A stretch of 64,000 nucleotides of DNA from the human T2T-CHM13v2.0 reference genome, Homo sapiens (GCF_009914755.1 NC_060938.1); one strand, 5' to 3'. Numbered from the stretch's first letter, positions 39,552 through 54,913 are shown. Numbers and translations are program-made. Notes: generated by a model not told the origin, from the letters alone.

Positions 39552-42500
39552 TAGTTAAAGGTGTTTCACTTTTTTATGAATAGGCCATAAAAATAGTTGT
39601 TTTGTTGTATTCAGGCAAACTGATTAGCTTGCAGTTTCTTGAATTGAACTTATAATTTTGCACTCTTGCTGGAAAGAATGTTCTTCTTTACATCTGTCTA
39701 TCCAAGCCAATTCTTACTTAAGATTTCAATTTGAAATTCTAACCCATTAAAAAAACTCCCAGGGCCAACTGAGGACAAAGCCCTTCTCTCTCCTCTTAAC
39801 TCATTCATTTATTTGTTTGGTATATATTTACTGTGGATGACAATGTGCAACTCATCTATTAAGCACTCACTTATGCTTTTGGATTGTCAGTTATCTTGTT
39901 ACGGGTCTTAACTTTGTCCCCTATGACTAGGATAAACAATCAGGAAATGGACAGCATTTTACATATCTTTTCTCTCTGGTTTAGTGCCTAGTTTCTTAAA
40001 TGTAGCCGGCATTCAATACATGTATGATGGATTTGATTCAGATTCAAATCTTTAAATAAAAGAAAATGTCAACTGAATTATATTCCTTTAACAAGGGCGG
40101 AAAGACAATATCATTGATTGAATACCTGTTGTGTGCCAAGGTGTTTTTATAAATGATCTCTAATCTTTATGATCGTCCACTAAGACAGAATTTCAGTCAT
40201 CCTCAATGTGTCTATAAGGAAAGAGATACTGTGAGATACTGTTAAAACATTTCTCTGGGATATTCTGCTGGTAAGTTGTAGAACTGGCTCTGAAACTCAG
40301 GCTTATCCCCTTGAAAACCAGGAGGGTATTCAAGTGGGAAAAGATTCTGCCTCTGCAGTTGTCACCCTAACAGTTTCCTTTATAGATGAGCCAAGAGACA
40401 TATATCTTAATATTATTCAGAAAATGTCATATTTGTCCAGCTCCTTTTGTTCTTTCACCTTTGTGTGTTTCCTTAGCTAAGATTCTAATGAGATTTATCT
40501 TTTTTAGAAAATTGAAATCGACCAAACAAAAAACATCACTTTCAGGCTGTAATATAAAAGCTACTGGGTTAATTATTTTTATTTTAAAAAGAAAAAAGCT
40601 TTATTTAACTGCAATTACATGCTCAATAACGGAGTGTTTTTCTGTGTTGCTTTGGTGTAAATGTACTCAAGACTGCTCAAATGTATCAAAATATTGTATC
40701 TGGGTTTTAATGATTGGATTTGTTAGACTTGCTTTGATACTGCAGAAACATAGGAAAACATATGATTAAGAAGTATACATTGAAAAGAAGGAAGACACTA
40801 AACTGATTTTCAGAGTGGCTGCTGCTCGTTATATATGATAATACAGTAATAAGAGCGAGATCAAGGATAGCAAGAATCTTATCAATTCAAAATAATTGTT
40901 TATTACTTAATGATATTTTTAGTGCAGCATTTGTATAGATTTTAGTGTGCTTCTTTATAAATGATGACTTTTTAAATGATTTCTCAACTATTGCCAACAA
41001 CTACAAAAGCTCCCTTACAGACTTGTGATGCCTTGAAAGCACCTAGAAGAAATGGGCTGTAACAGGAATAAACTTGGTTTAGTGGGAGAGGGAAAGTTTC
41101 TACAGTCGTTTAATCATGACATCTAAGGAGGCACAGAGAACTATGGCTCTATTCAAGTGGGTTTTGTTACTGAAGGACTAAGACTCAGTGGGTAAAACTA
41201 GAAAATATGTTTCTCAAGGTCAGTGATTCTTAAATAAGGGAAGAAGAAGGTGGCATGTTGGAATTGCCTGGGGATATTGGGGGCATTTTTCTAGCTATTC
41301 TTAGTCCTCTAGAGATTTTGGTACGCCCGCCTCCCTGCCAGTAGCTATTCATCAGTAGCTATTTATTGTCATAGTGATTCACTGTTTTTAGCCCTCTGGT
41401 ACGTTAGAGATAAAAAAAATATATAGCTAATAATTGCTAGTCTAGTCACTGGGGAAATGTGTAGCAATATGGGCAGTATAGGTAGTAGCATCCACATAGC
41501 AAGAGATAATTCTGGTTTGAAGTGGGTGTATATCCTTAGTCCATCCCCTAAAGTGGAAGAATTGGCAAAGATTAATAGGACACTGGGCCAGAATGAGAGG
41601 ACTCAGGCAAGGATCAGTTTTCAGCAGTTTGTTTCTCAAAAAACAGAGGGTTTTAGAGGAAAAGACCGAGGATCAGAGGCTTATACCACAGGCTTGGGAC
41701 AATTTAATTTCCAGCTCACCAAGTTCTGGGAATGGCATTATAATATATTTCTGGACTTGGTTGTAGAGAAATAGATATAACTGAATTCTATAAGTTGGGG
41801 ATAGCCAAGGACTGGAGAAGGCAGAAACAGAGATAAACAACATGTAGACTTCATTATGAATCATTACTATGGCAACACAAAATCTCTGGGCAGTAAAATA
41901 TTCTTGTAAAAATGTGTGTTAGGGAATAAAATAATGTGCGCTGTCATTGCCTCTGTGCAAAACTTCCCTGGAGGTCCCAGCCAATGCAAAAAGATAAGAA
42001 AAAAAATGGAATGATATATCAAGATTCAGAAAGAAAAGTGAAATTATTCTTTACAGACAAAATGACTTTCAATATAGAAAATCAGAGATACTCTAGAAAT
42101 AAATGATTATAAATAATAAGAAAATTCAACAATGATACTAGATACAAGATAACTATACAAAGAACAACTGTGTTTCTGAATGCCAGCAACAGTCAGATAG
42201 GAAAGAAACAATAACAAGTATTCGTTCATGAGAGAAACAAAAATAATCAGCTATATAGAGAAAAATATTAACAAATAAGGTGAAAAACATGTATGGAGAA
42301 AATTAGAAACTTATATTTAAGGTTGAAAAGATAAATAAGTAAAGTTCTTCACACACAATATCATGAAGAGGTCAATATTTTCCAAACTAACCTCAACATT
42401 AACAAAAAATCCAACAAAAAATTCCAAAAAGGAATTCTACATTTCCTGAAGGGCACAGAAAAGCCAAGAAAAGTTTGAAGAAAAATAAGATATGAGACAG

Positions 42501-42624
42501 TTGAGGACTCTTCTATCATATGTAAAGACTTATCATAAAGTCTTAGTAATGAAGATAAGTTTGTATTGGCACAGATGTGAACAAATAAGCCAATGATACG
42601 GAGACAAACTACCCACAAACAAAC

Positions 42625-43049
42625 TCTACTGGTATGAACAGTGCCCCATACCCCCAGCCAAATTCATGCCCACTCAGAACCAGAGAATGTAACCTTGTTC
42701 AGAAATAGTGAGCAGATGTAAATATTAATAGTTAAGTCATACTAAATTAGGGTGGGCCCTAATTCAAAGACTGGTATTCTTATCAGAAGGCCACATGAAG
42801 ACATGGAGACACACAGGAAAATGGTACACGATGATGGAGGCAGACACTACAGTGATACATCTGTAAGCCAAGAATATCAAGATGGCCAGCACGACCAGAG
42901 GTTCGGATAAAGCGAGGCTCTGCCAACACCTGAATTTAGAACTTCTCACCTCCAGAACTGTAAGATTCCAGAACTGTAAGACAATTTCTGTTGTTGTAAC
43001 TCACATAGTCTGTGGTAATTTTTTTTGACAGCCTTGGAAAACAAATACA
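42625..43049 (+). mobile_element. MLT1B/C-like solo LTR
   Basis: TAGGGTGGGCCCTAATTC..GACAGCCTTGGAAAACAAATACA; perfect 5 bp TSD CAAAC. Confidence 0.85.
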
Positions 43050-43075
43050 CAAACGCATACATTAGAAATTTATAC

Positions 43076-43202
43076 AGGGCTGCCACATTGCATAGTTCCA
43101 AGGGATGCCATTTACATTATATTCTATGTGCTCCAGAATTGTGCCATTCATCTTGAAAATGATGTGAATGGTGCCGCTTGGAATTGTGCAGAGCAGCAGT
43201 CT
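43076..43202. mobile_element. MER91-like palindromic hAT MITE
   Basis: CAGGGCTGCCACA..GCCATTCA..TGTGAATGGTGCC..TGTGCA. Confidence 0.6.
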
Positions 43203-43406
43203 TCTTTACCTAGGAGAAAAGAGGCAGAACAAATTACTGGGTAGAGGACTAATTTTTCAATGAATCATGCTGGAACTAAGGGCTAATCATGGGAAAAAAA
43301 GATAAAGTTACAACCTCATCTCGTGTCATACAAGAAAATTAATTCTAGATGGATTGATGGCCTATATAAGGAAGTAAAAACTGAGAATTACTTTTTAAGC
43401 AAAACC

Positions 43407-43407
<1 letters not shown>

Positions 43408-43451
<44 letters not shown>
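43408..43451. repeat. (AC)~22 microsatellite
   Basis: Pure AC run. Confidence 0.98.
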
Positions 43452-43455
<4 letters not shown>

Positions 43456-43802
43456 CCAAAACAAGGTTTTGGTAAGATTGACTATTTTCAAATGTAAAAT
43501 TTCTGTATAACAAAGGACACCATAAACAAATTAAATGTACAAGGAGCAGAAGAGGACACATTTCCATTATGTATTCTTTATGAAAAATTGATATCCAAAA
43601 TATTTAACTCCTACAAATCACAAGAAAAATAAAAATAGTACAAAAGTAAAGGAACCCACAAAGTATATGAACAGGTATATGAGGAAAGCCATCATATTTA
43701 TGAAAAGATTTTAACTCTGTTTGTATTTAAAGAAACACAGATTTAAATCCATGAGATTCTATTTTATACCCTGAAGATTAGGAGTAATTAAGAAGTCTGA
43801 TA

Positions 43803-44203
<401 letters not shown>

Positions 44204-44662
44204 CTATTTGGCAATATCTGGTAAAGTTAAAGATATCCATTCCCTATCATCCAGCAAGTCCACTTTCAATTATCAACCTTAGAGGAACTTGGACATGGGC
44301 ACAAGGAATCACGCAAAGTATGTTGACCACGTACCATTTTTAATAGGAAAATTCTGTGCATAATCTAAGTGTCTATCAGTAGGAGAATGTATAAATAAAT
44401 TGCTTTATAATTATATAATTAAATATTTATGTATTCTATATGTAATCATTGTACATCTATAAATAAACTAGAACTACATTTACATTAAAAAATCTCTAAA
44501 CAATAGCATGTATTTTTAAGATGTGAAAAATACCTGCTGTGTAACATCACCATGTAAAATTTTAAATCTCACAGAATAATAATAAGTATTGCAAAAATAT
44601 ATGTTGTTTTTGAATAAATACGTATGTTGTGATGATATAAATAGGGACTATAAGAATACAGT

Positions 44663-45030
<368 letters not shown>

Positions 45031-45307
45031 TCAAATATATAATGTTTTGATTATATTTTTAAAATCCAAAGGAAACATGACAAAATGTTAATATTTATGA
45101 ACTCTGGTTTTGGGCAGTACATGGATATCTTATATATTATTTCCTAATATTTTAGTAGGCTTGAAATATGTGGTAAACAAAATAGAGACAAAGAAAGAAG
45201 AAAAAAGGGTCAAAGAGAGAGGAGAAAAGAGTTGGAGATAGGAGAGATGAAGAGGAAGAAAATGAGCATGGTCTTGGAGACAAACCACCTGCATGCTAAT
45301 TGTGGCA

Positions 45308-45530
45308 GGCAGTGTGGTTTAGTAGAAGAAGCTTGGCAGTGTGCTCAGGTAAATTTATTTAATTCTAGCTTATTTCAACTTGGACAAGTTAACTATTTTA
45401 GGACTCTATTTACCCATCAGTAAAATGGATAGATTAAAATTTAACTGAAAGTGTCCTGTGAAGAATAAGCAGAAGGAAATATGTAAAATGCCCAGTGTTG
45501 TGCCTGCTGGGTATTGACTGAGTCTGCCAT
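45308..45530 (+). mobile_element. MIR
   Basis: GGCAGTGTGGTTTAGT..CTTGGACAAGTTAACT..CATCAGTAAAATGG. Confidence 0.6.
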
Positions 45531-46858
45531 GAATAGTAAAGCCCTCTCTCTCTTCCTTAAAGCAGTGAGAAACAATAAAGTCTGCAGAAAATGTACTACC
45601 TTAACTCGCTGGATGGAATTGAATTCTTCCTTCTCATATAGCTTTTTTTTCTTCATCTCAGTAAAAGTAATTTTGAAAGGAGATTAAATGCCTTTTGCAT
45701 AGAGAAAGATGCAGACTATGGAGAAAATTGTAGGGCTTCAGTTTCCACCAAAGTATCCATTAAAAGGGTAGGTGAGGAAGTTTCCATGGCTCTGCATGTA
45801 AGCCCAAGTTACTTATTTAGGGGATCATGGTTCAGGCCTTCACCCTTAGTTGTTAATGACCTTACATTGAAGTACTGAATGGAATACGCAGTAGGGTCAA
45901 TTGCAGACTCAATGACAAGAATTAAAGCGCAAAGCTCCCTAATGAGATCTGTGCTTATTCCTTGTGGTTCAAGGAACACTGTGGTTAATAGTTTACAGCC
46001 TGCAGGGTCAATCCCCTTGCAGAAGCAGAGTTAACTTAGGCATTCCCTGGGCTGTATAAACAACCCTGTATGTAGCTGGAAGCTTCACCCTCCTTTCATC
46101 ATGCCAGAAAATTCTTGGCATGCTGCCATGGTCTGATATTTATGGTTCTATAAGCATTTGACTCTGAAAAGTCTCTTATTCTGGAAAATGGCCACTGGTC
46201 AGTTGCTAATACACAAGTGGTAGAAGAAAAAGTCACCCTTTAAGGAAGAGAACGAAGAGAAAAGCTCATGAGAATAATAGTGTCATGTCCACCAATAGGG
46301 TAAATGTATATGTGTGTTTAATACATATGTATGAAAACCCTATATGTGTATTTCTACACAAAAAAGCTAAAATGGTAAAAGAAGTGCTTTTAAAAATTTA
46401 AAATTACCAAAAAAAAACCCCATTTCCCTTTTATCTCTAGAAAAAGAGAAAAACTGTGGCATATGGTATTTATCAAAGTAGTGGAATAAAAGAGCCAAAA
46501 CTTGTATAGGCTTCTGTCCCAGTATAAACTCACTTTCTCGAGCTCTATGGGCAGAAAGGAACCTTAAGTAGTTCTTTCATCTATGTATTTCTTCTCTGAA
46601 CTAAAATGGCTTCTTGGAGCAACCAAACAATTGTTTATCCTATTTGTTAAATGGGGAAAATATTTAATAAACATTTTTAGACATAGTGTCTCCATGTCTA
46701 AAAAAAAAATTTCTGCATTTTTAAATCCATTATGACCCTTTCTAAGGATTTTTAAACTAAGTATAGAGAATCACATATCTAATAACTGAATCAGGTGTAG
46801 TGGTTACATACATTTTCTAAATGTCCTGTCTCCAGGGTAACCTGTTTTTTCCTGACAG

Positions 46859-47025
46859 GCTGGAGGGGCTAGAGAGAAGTGAGATGAGGGAGACAAGATG
46901 AAGTCGCATCCAAAGATGAGGTGGCCACTGGCTGATGGATCGATTCCGACAAGAATAAAACAATTCATAGAAATCAATGTCACCGACCCGCAGATGCATC
47001 TCAGAATTGATGCCAAACACAAGGG
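46859..47025 (+). other. Candidate exon (lncRNA, or first coding exon of a small ORF)
   Basis: Acceptor CCTGTTTTTTCCTGACAG|G, donor GGG|GTGAGT, 167 nt, purine-rich, 5 CpGs in AT-rich unique DNA; ATG at 46898 stays open to the donor. Confidence 0.45.
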
Positions 47026-47664
47026 GTGAGTTGCAAACACTGCACTGTTTCAGTAACACTAGCACCTGATAGCCAGATTAGAAACTACCTATTAAAACTG
47101 AATCATATCATTAAAAAGTCACCCAGAGACCTTCAGAATGTTCGCCTGATCTACAAAATCCAGGCAGGTGATAGAGAAATCAAAGGCATCTTGCTGGAAT
47201 TTACTGTATCTTGCTATGAGTTTCTGATGTTATTCAAGGAAGAGATGGAATCTCATTTCTAGAAGCGCTTGAAAATATCCAACTTGCCTGCGCAGGAATG
47301 CTCTCACCTGGGTAGTGGCCCAGGCTCAAACAGAGCTGACTGATTATTGCAGGCCCATTCAAGGTGGAACCACCCCAAACCTGGGCCAGCCTTGTGCATT
47401 ATGTGTTGCAGAGGTTAAAAAATACCAGGCAGAGGCGTCTGAATATCCAGAGCTCACAACAGAATGAAACTCAGTTATTCGCCCGATGGGGCCCAGCAAT
47501 TAATGAACTTATACTTGTTGGTCCTTTTCTGCTTCTATCTCCTTCACAATGTAACACCTCATTCCTACCTTTATTACCACCAGCAGCATGAAAACACACA
47601 GCTCCCAAACTGAAGGAGCTGTAGCATCTTGAAGACATCTGGCCTGCAGAAACAGAATGCTCAA

Positions 47665-47900
47665 TAATACCCGTTCGTGGTTACTGAGAAGTCACTACAC
47701 GTTGAGCACTAGGCTACATGTTGACATTTAAGAACTATAACATCCTAATGAGTAAGTGTTAATATTCTTATTCTTATTTTAAGGTTAAGGAAACTGAGGT
47801 TAAAGAAACTAATTTATTCAAAGATATGCAATGAGTAAATGGCAGAGCTGGAAATCCAATCTTGGGAGTCTTATCTTGAAGTTCATGCTCTTAATGCCAT
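47665..47900 (-). mobile_element. MIR
   Basis: AGGAAACTGAGGTTAAAG..AGTAAATGGCAGAGCTGG. Confidence 0.7.
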
Positions 47901-48478
47901 ATCCTGCTCTTAATACCATATCCTACTGCCTAAGATTAACTAAGACTTTGCCACTTGCTAGATGCAGAAACTTGGGCCAGTCATAGTCTCTCTGAATGTC
48001 AGTTTTCCATAAAATAGTATAACTATCCATTCTTTTCTCCAAAAAAATTTTACTAAGTCTCTTTGAGGCACTAGTCTAATTACTGGGATACATAATTTAA
48101 CAAAAGAGGGAGGGGGAAAGGTAGAAAGATTTTTTAAAATTAGAAAAAGAAACATACAAAATAATTTTTTGGAGTGTAAAAAACAAACTATGAAGAAAAT
48201 AACTAAGGGGATAGTGTAACACGGTTGTGCATGACGAGTATCAATTTAAATGAGGTGGTCAGAGAAGCCCTCTCATGAAGGTGACATTTGACTCACTGAG
48301 ACCTTAAAAATAAAAATGTCCCCTGCATGTGAAGCCCATTTCTAGCAGTGGGGACATCACGTGCAAAAGCCCAAGGAAAAAGAAGAAGCAAATGTGGCAG
48401 TGTCTTCAAGCAGGGAAGTGAGGAGAATGAGGTTTGAGGGCTCTGGAGGCTAATCTGGGGAGTTTGGACTCAAGTCTA

Positions 48479-48775
<297 letters not shown>

Positions 48776-49354
48776 CCTTTCTCTCTCTCTCTCTCTCTCC
48801 CCATATATATATTTATATATATGTATGTATATATAGCCTAAATTTATTGATTTGTAAGTGCAAACAAGGAAGACTAGATTCCTGTAAACAATAATGAAAA
48901 GTCTCCAATGTAGAAATCTAGCAATGTAGACATTGAGTGATGATGAGGTGTGAAAATGCTTTGGGAAAGCTAACGTTTTAGAACAGTTGTTTTGATAGGG
49001 GTGGAGGAGGTATGTGTTGTTGTTTGTTCTTGTCCCTCTCTCTTTCATTGGAGGACATACGCAAACTGAGGTGGTTAATGGTGAGTGTGCATCTTATTCC
49101 AAGAAGGAGCCTGGAAGATGTTGTGGAGCTCTAATGTCAGCTCTTAAAACCTTTGTTAATTCATTTAACAAACTTTAATTAAGTGTGTTGCAGTCACTGA
49201 CACCAATTGCCCTGGTATTTTTTGCTAATGGTACCCCAGCTTTTTTTGTGACACCAAATGCTGAGCCCCAAACAGCGTGCTCAGTTCCACAATTTCCCAG
49301 ACTCCTTTCCAAGTAAGGAAGATCATATGCCCGGGTTCTGGACAACAAGGTGCC

Positions 49355-49759
49355 TGGTACAATTTGGATATGTGGCCACCCAAATCTCATGTTGAATTGT
49401 AATCTCCAGTATTGGAGGTGGAGCCTGGTGGGAGGCAACCAGATTATGGGGGTGGTTTCTCATGAGTGGTCTAGCACCATCCTCTTGGTGCTGCCCTCAC
49501 CAGAGTGAGTGAGTGCTCATGAGATTTGACTGTTTAAAACTGTGTGGCACCCTCTCCTCTCTTGCTCCTTCTGCCATGTGATGTGTGTGCTCCCCATTTG
49601 CCTTCCACCATGATTGGAAGCTTCCTGAGCCTCCCCAGAAAAAGAGGCCTCTATGCTTCCTGTATAGCCTGGAGAACGGTGAGCCAATTAAACTTATTTT
49701 CTTATAAATTATCTAGTCTCACATAATTCTTTACAGCAATGAAAGGATGGCCTAACACA
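49355..49759 (+). mobile_element. MSTA-like solo LTR
   Basis: CCCAAATCTCATGTTGAATTGTAATC..GCCTAACACA; TSD GTGCC/GTGTC. Confidence 0.9.
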
Positions 49760-49789
49760 GTGTCAATGGAAAAAACCTCTGAAAACAAC

Positions 49790-50607
49790 ATAGGCTTTCT
49801 GATATAAAAATGCCTTGCAGACCTTTAACTACAGGGCATGCAACTGATGGAGGCCCACAGCTGCTGTGTTCGGAAATCCATTTAGGACTTTCCTAGGAGT
49901 GTATGCATCCTTAGGTTGCTCCCAGCCAATGAACGTGGCAGGAACACTGAGGCACGCCCATTCCTGAGAGATGAGGGATTTCTCTGACAGGTGGCTCTCC
50001 TGAGGGCTCCAGGACAGTCTTGTCAAACTGGATTACAGTCTAAGATACATCCACTTGGTAGAGTTTGAATGTTTGTTCCCTCTAAAACTCATCTTAAAGT
50101 TTAAGCCCCAATGTGCTGATGTAGGTAAGTGGGGCCTAGTAAGAAGTGTCTAGGTCATTAGGGTTCTGCCTTCATACATGGTTTAATGCCTTAACCAAAG
50201 GACTTTCATGAGTGAGCTCTCTCTTGGCTCTCCCGCCCACCCCCGCCACATGAGAAACAATGTGTCTTCCATGCAGAAAATGCAGAGTTCACCAGGCCTT
50301 CACCAGACACCAAACTGGTGAATGCCTTGATGTTGGACTTCCCAGCTTCCAGAACTGTGAGCCAAGGCACTCCTGTTTATTATAAATTACACAGTCTCGA
50401 GTATTCCATCATAGCCCCACAAAACGAAGCACCACTCAGCCTTCCTCCCTTCTCTTTCGCTCAGAGTCAGATTTGCACTGTGGTCTGACAAGTCTTCCAG
50501 CCTCTCATGGTCACTTAGTGTTTTCCCTTACAGACATTTCATACTGTAATTCTTACATGTTGGATACTATCTTGGCCTCCGCTTCTCAGAGCACCTGAAC
50601 TAACACA
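49790..50607 (+). mobile_element. ERVL LTR (LTR40-like), split by an MST insertion
   Basis: GCTCCCAGCCAATGA, CCCATTCCTG, 3' GCTTCTCAGAGCACCTGAACTAACACA. Confidence 0.65.
50056..50431 (+). mobile_element. MSTC/D-like solo LTR
   Basis: GTTTGAATGTTTGTTCCCTCTAAAACTCAT..GGACTTCCCAGCTTCCAGAACTGTGAG; perfect 5 bp TSD CCACT. Confidence 0.85.
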
Positions 50608-51894
50608 AGAAGTGTATCATTTATATAACGTTATTTTAAAACTCCCAAGGTATATTAAGTGAAAAAATCAAGGTTTAGAATAGTATGTAAAATGTGCTAC
50701 CTGTTGTGCTAAAATGAAAGAAAAATGAGAATATGAATGCATGTTTGTTTTTATATGCAAATGTAATTTGGGTTTATATGTATAGGGGTGAGTTACAACA
50801 GAAACTAGAAGACAGGGAGATATATTTTAACTCTATATCTTTGTTTACATTTTTAATTTTATTGAAATGATATTACATATATGATTTTTTTAAATAAAAG
50901 ATTCAATGTTGTAAGAAACAAATAGAGACTTTCTGGGTTCTGGTTGCTTTGGAACTTGTGACACATATTCTCAATAAGGCAATTTAAGAGTTAGAAAAGA
51001 TTTTCTGTAAGTCATAATAAGACATCAATTATTCAACTTGGTTACTTGCTAGAGCCCTAGAGCAGCGACACTCCTTATGAAGCCGTGAAAACTATTTAAC
51101 ACCCTTCTAACAGGATTCTACCACCACTCACAGCACACACAGCCACATCCACAGAGACTCCATTCAGAATTCGAAACTAACATCTGAATTGATTCGTACC
51201 TAAATTTAAATTTAAAAATAGGGCTATACATCCCGATTCTAATCTACAAATTCTAAAGATGACAGGTTTATATAGCACCACGATGACCCATTGTAACTTC
51301 CACTCTAGAAGGTGGTTGTTTAATAAGGCAAAACGCTGTTTCCCATGCTCGGCACATCATTTGGAGCCGAAAGAGGAGCTTTCATCTACCCTAAACCAGC
51401 TTGCAAGATTATGATACTTATAAGAATGGAAGCCAAATTATTAATAACACTTTATTAATAGGTTCAATAAAGGCTTTATTAAAGCTTGAAAAATAGAATA
51501 TATTTCAGAGGTAGACAGTTTGGAGAAAAAAAGACATTTATGATTTTCTGTGCCATTTCACACTAGGATTGATAAAAAAATTATTTGACCATGATTTGGG
51601 GAAAACATAATTTGCAGTATTGTCAAGCATAAATGTTTCAAAATTTCAAAATTTTCAGAAATCCATCCATTATATTTGGGAGAACACTGAGATAGTTTTA
51701 AGAGCAATGGTGTGGGAAATTGAGATCATACAATTTCCCTGTATTTCAAGTTTCCAAAAGTTATCTGTCATGTCTGTAAACACAAATTCTTATATTACAC
51801 AGTATATGTGTTCTGTAATGAAAATGTTATCCTCCAGAGCCCATTTCCCTACTAACTCTCATGAGAACTTGAGAGATATCTCAGGGATAGCACT

Positions 51895-52105
51895 GGGAGT
51901 AAGGACTATTCTTCATTGAGCTCCCATCATGTTCTAGATCTGTGTTAGGGAATTTACATGTATCATCTCTAAATTTCATGACAACCCTATGAACTAGGCA
52001 TTATTTTTCCTTTTTACAGTTGAAGTTCTGAGATCCATTAACCCAGATGAGGCAGAGCAAGGACTCAGACTCAAGTTGGTCTGCCTGTGAAGCCGATGCC
52101 CTTTG
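51895..52105 (-). mobile_element. MIR
   Basis: ACAACCCTATGAACTAGGCATTATTTTTCCTTTTTACAGTTGA. Confidence 0.65.
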
Positions 52106-52974
52106 CCCTCTGTGAATTCTCACAGCACAGACAAGGGGAAAGAATCTTTCACTGTAGCCTTCGCAGAGCATATGACCTGCTAATCTCGATTTGTTACATG
52201 TGTTTTATTCTCTACGTACAGAATTCACTCATCTGTCCTGAAGTTGTCCAAATAATTGTATTTCCATCCGCTCCAAATATGGATATGTGGCAGGTCTAGG
52301 AAGCCACACAGGAGAGCATTGCTCTTTCCATGACATTGAGGTCATATTTTCCAGCCAGACTGGGTCCAGTGAAGGTGAGTCTCGCTCGTTGAGGGGAGAC
52401 TCCACCTTGTAGGCAAGACAGCTGAGCCTGTGTTACTGTCCAATGCTGGCCCCGTGGTACTTAAAGGGTCGGAAGTTACCCTCCAGTGAGTTTTTCTCTG
52501 CCGATACCAGGAGACATGCCATAGCAAAGCAGTTCAGCACAGGTGGGCATCACCGTGGTCCAGCTCTGGTTAATGTCCACCAGGCCTTCCAAAGAAAACT
52601 CAGTTCATATGAAAGTAATAGGAGCTCCAGAGAATTAAAAACCTCGGAATAAAATATCTTACAATTCTGTGGTCAAGTCAGGACACTGGGTACCACTTTA
52701 TATTATTTATTTACTGTTTTATTAAACTATACAACACATTGCTATGTAGCAATAAAAAACACAATACCATAATACAGAAGATTTGTTCAATATGAAAAGT
52801 AAAAAACATTATTAACAATTTTTTGTATACCCTTCTATCTTGAAATGTGTAATCGTATACAAAGACATATCCTCTTTTGCCCCATGTGTGATTATACTCT
52901 TCTCATTATTCTGCATCTTGCTTTTCATGAACTGTATCTTCGAGATTTTGCACTATGTATACATAAAGATTGCA

Positions 52975-53530
52975 CCAGGCAAGGTTGCCAGTTGTAAGCA
53001 ACAGAAATCTAGCTGACTAAGGCATAATGGCATTTATGTAAAGTACCTGGGGAGCTTTCTGAATGAGATGGCGTGAGAACAACAGCTGGAGACGTCACAA
53101 TGGGAAGTACTCCCAAACTTCATTCTTGAGCTGCTCTGCTAAAGGCACCACCTCTGGGTGTGGCCACTGCTGCTACTTCCTCAACTGACATGACAGTCAC
53201 TGACCCCGGATGCTGCTGCCAGAAACATTGCCGCTGCTACCCCTGAAGGAAGAACAAGCTGCCACCTCTGTCACCACCCTGATGGGAATGGATTTTGTGC
53301 AGCCCTTGATACTTCACATCACAAGCTTCCAATTTAAAGTTTGTGGCAGTTCACTCTGAGTGGAAAAGTCTAAGACCTATGCCCATGTCACAGTAAAGGG
53401 AAGCTTTAAAAGTGAGTTTCCAGAATTTTCTCCTTCTATAGTAAATGTGGGCCTGACAACTAAGGCAGGAATCTTCAAATATAGTTATAGGTTCAATGTT
53501 GGGCTTCCAAATAAAAAAGGACAACCATCA
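52975..53530 (-). mobile_element. Old MLT1-type LTR
   Basis: Antisense end CAGTTGTAAGCAACAGAAA..; nested in old L1 sequence. Confidence 0.5.
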
Positions 53531-53771
53531 AGTAAAGAGATACCATTTTTTTTAATTGGTGCATGTCATGTAGCTTTAATATGAAGTTAATCAATCCCTA
53601 ATTATGACTCTAAATGGCACTTCAATAGGCATCCTTGTAGACAATTTTGCAATTATCTCCACAAAATAAATTCATGGAAGTTACATTCCATGACCATCAA
53701 AGAGCATGTGCATTCTAAGTTTGATAATTATTAATAATTATTACTCATATGACTTCTAAAATATTGTTCCA

Positions 53772-54127
<356 letters not shown>

Positions 54128-54339
54128 TCACGCAGCATAACCTGGTCAATACTGAATTAAATGGGTTAATTTTTGCCAATCTGATAGACAGAAAGAAACT
54201 TGCTGCTCCAAATTCAATTGCTTGAATTATAGAGTAGGATTGAGTATCTGTTTTTCATATCTCCATTATTTTCTATTAACCACTTTGCTATACTTTAATA
54301 TGAGACTCCATTGCCTATTCCTAAACAGCTGACTTATTA

Positions 54340-54913
54340 TGATGCAGGACAGGAAAGCCTGAAAATTGGGGCCTAGCCCAGGAGGGTTCTCGGATTTACC
54401 CAGGAAAACATTCAAGGGCAAGCCGGTGGTATTAGGCAGCAAGTTTTTATTCAACAGTACCGCTCCTTGCAGAGCAGGGCTAACTCACAGGCAGTGCGCC
54501 CAGAGTCAGCAACATATGGGTTCTTGGCAATCGCATTTATACTCTAGTAAACCTACTTTCAATTACATGCAAATTAAGGAACAGGTCAATGCAAATTGAG
54601 GGATTGGTCATTTAGCACTATCTTGGAAAGGGATGGCAACTTCTAGGTCATCTTTATGGAAAGGGGTGGTAACTTCTGGGTCATTGCCATGGAAAGGAGT
54701 GGTAACTTCTGGGTAGTCGCTGTGGCATTTGTAAACTGTCATGGCACTGGTGGGAGTGTCTCATGCTAATGAGCAATGAGGGCAGGTAGAGATAAACTTC
54801 ATCACCATCTGCTGGTTCCTGCTGGTTTCTTCACTTTATCCTGTCTGGACAAGATCCTGTTTTGGTCAGCAGAGTCGTGACCAGAAAATATGTCCTGCTG
54901 GTCTCCTACCTCA
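54340..54913 (-). mobile_element. ERV1 solo LTR (MER66-like)
   Basis: TG...CA termini (minus strand starts TGAGGTAGGAGACCAGCAGGAC); repeated GGTAACTTCTGGGT units; AATAAA on minus strand; near TSD ATTA/GTTA. Confidence 0.75.

Noticed and set aside
46674-46704. 11 bp inverted repeat TTTTTAGACAT/ATGTCTAAAAA
   Set aside because: Short and AT-rich, too small for a miRNA precursor, plausible by chance.
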